Part shown: piece after piece, positions 62,753 through 64,000 of the stretch
Layout of the letters: each line of letters starts with the position of its first letter
Numbering within the stretch: position 1 is the first letter of the stretch
Translations under genes and position numbers: made by a program
The notes under the pieces: generated by a model
What the model was told of the DNA's origin: nothing
Database searches by the model: none
What the model saw: only the letters and a program-made list of their open reading frames with translations
Origin: the human T2T-CHM13v2.0 reference genome, Homo sapiens
DNA: 64,000 nt
Assembly (NCBI RefSeq): GCF_009914755.1
Contig: NC_060940.1
Strand: one strand, 5' to 3'

Positions 62753-64000
62753 TGTCACACATGTCTCACAGGGTGGAAGGAACACTGAGCCAGCTTCCCG
62801 CATTCCAAGGTCCCAAAGTGTTCTTCTCTTTGCACCTGTTGCATCTGCAATGATCTCAAGGCTGGGTGACTTTGGAAGGGAGGAGCCTGGAAGTTTTCTC
62901 CTTGCTCCTGCATCCTTTGCTCCCTGCCTTCCCCCTTCCCCTGTCCACACTGCCCACTGAGAGAAGCCAGGGTCTAACTTGTGAGCAGATCTCCTCTCTG
63001 CCCATTTCCCTCATCAGGAGGCAACAGGGGTGAGTGGAGGATGCCCAGCAGCTCTGTCACCAGCCGACTCCAGATCCCACAGCCACTCTGGGAAAACCTG
63101 GAAGACAGGGAGAGTAGCCACTCATCTGCTCTGCACATGATCAACGCTCCTCCAGTGCCAGTGGGCTGACGATGGTTGGCTTCCTGCCAATGGGGCGCCG
63201 AAAGAGAAGGGAACTCATTTTCTGACTTCAATGATCACAAGTGCTAGGTGCTTCAAGTCCACGCGATGACTTAACTCAACGGGCCCTGAGGTGGGCACGA
63301 TGATGTCAATTTTTCAGGTGAAAGACTCAAGGCTTGGAGAGACAGCGAGAAAGCTGGGACCCCAGGACTCCTGTTCCTAAGCTTCTGGCACTTCTGATCC
63401 CAGGCTGTGGGCTTCTCCCACCTGTGATTGCTCCCTGCAGAGTGCAGGACCCTGCTGCTCTGGCCCAAACACAGTTGTCCTGGCCAGCTCAGCCCTTCCC
63501 TGGGTAGGGAGGATCTTGATCCCAAGCCAAGGTATTTGTTACCTGTGTTCCAGGGAAGCCAGAGGTCTTCTTAAGTGACTCACACACTACAGGAACTGCT
63601 ATGAGATCCTATTACTGAAACTCAAGAACTAGGAAGGTGGTTGAATCATCCTACGCCACAGAGTCTCCAGAAGACCAGTTCCTAGCTGAGAGCATTCTGA
63701 TAGGAGCCTTACGTTCAGCACAGTAGACATTTGGGCCAAGGTTTTGACATTAGGAAGAACAAGTCAGGCAGGCCCTGTGATAGGTACTTCTGTCTTCATG
63801 ATTAAATGCTATCATCCCAAGTCCCTGGGAGGCAGAAATGACCATACCTCTCTGTTTTAATTGAAGCAGTGGGGCTCAGAGACATGAATATCCAGTAAGA
63901 AGGAGGAAGGGCAGGGGCTTAAATCCAAGAGCCAGCCGGGTACGGTAACTCATGCCTGTAATTAGGGCACTTTGGGAGGCTGAGGCGGGTGAATTGCTTG

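Overview
This is hominoid, almost certainly human, genomic DNA from the CFDP1-TMEM170A-CHST6 interval (chr16q23). All three genes are on the minus strand. The window holds the first coding exon of CFDP1 (11163-11226), all three coding exons of TMEM170A (144 aa), and the single coding exon (395 aa) plus one 5'UTR exon of CHST6. Most of the rest is interspersed repeat: dozens of Alus, old L1/L2/MIR fragments, MaLR/ERV1 LTRs and DNA transposons. Nearly all ORFs in the supplied track are Alu or GC-rich artefacts. The most notable structures are: (1) an apparently full-length, MER82-ended Tigger/pogo DNA transposon with a decayed transposase, head-to-head with the CFDP1 promoter and unusually CpG-rich at its promoter-proximal end; (2) a full-length SVA with a 20-nt 3' transduction, nested in a pile-up of Alu tails bounded by one TSD; (3) splice phases that allow an in-frame TMEM170A-CFDP1 read-through and alternative TMEM170A N-termini; (4) inverted Alu pairs in both long 3'UTRs and a probable LTR-donated poly(A) signal for CHST6. 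I cannot support a wholly new biological system. The promoter-adjacent Tigger is the best candidate for something undescribed. Repeat subfamily names are from recalled consensus similarity and repeat boundaries are approximate.
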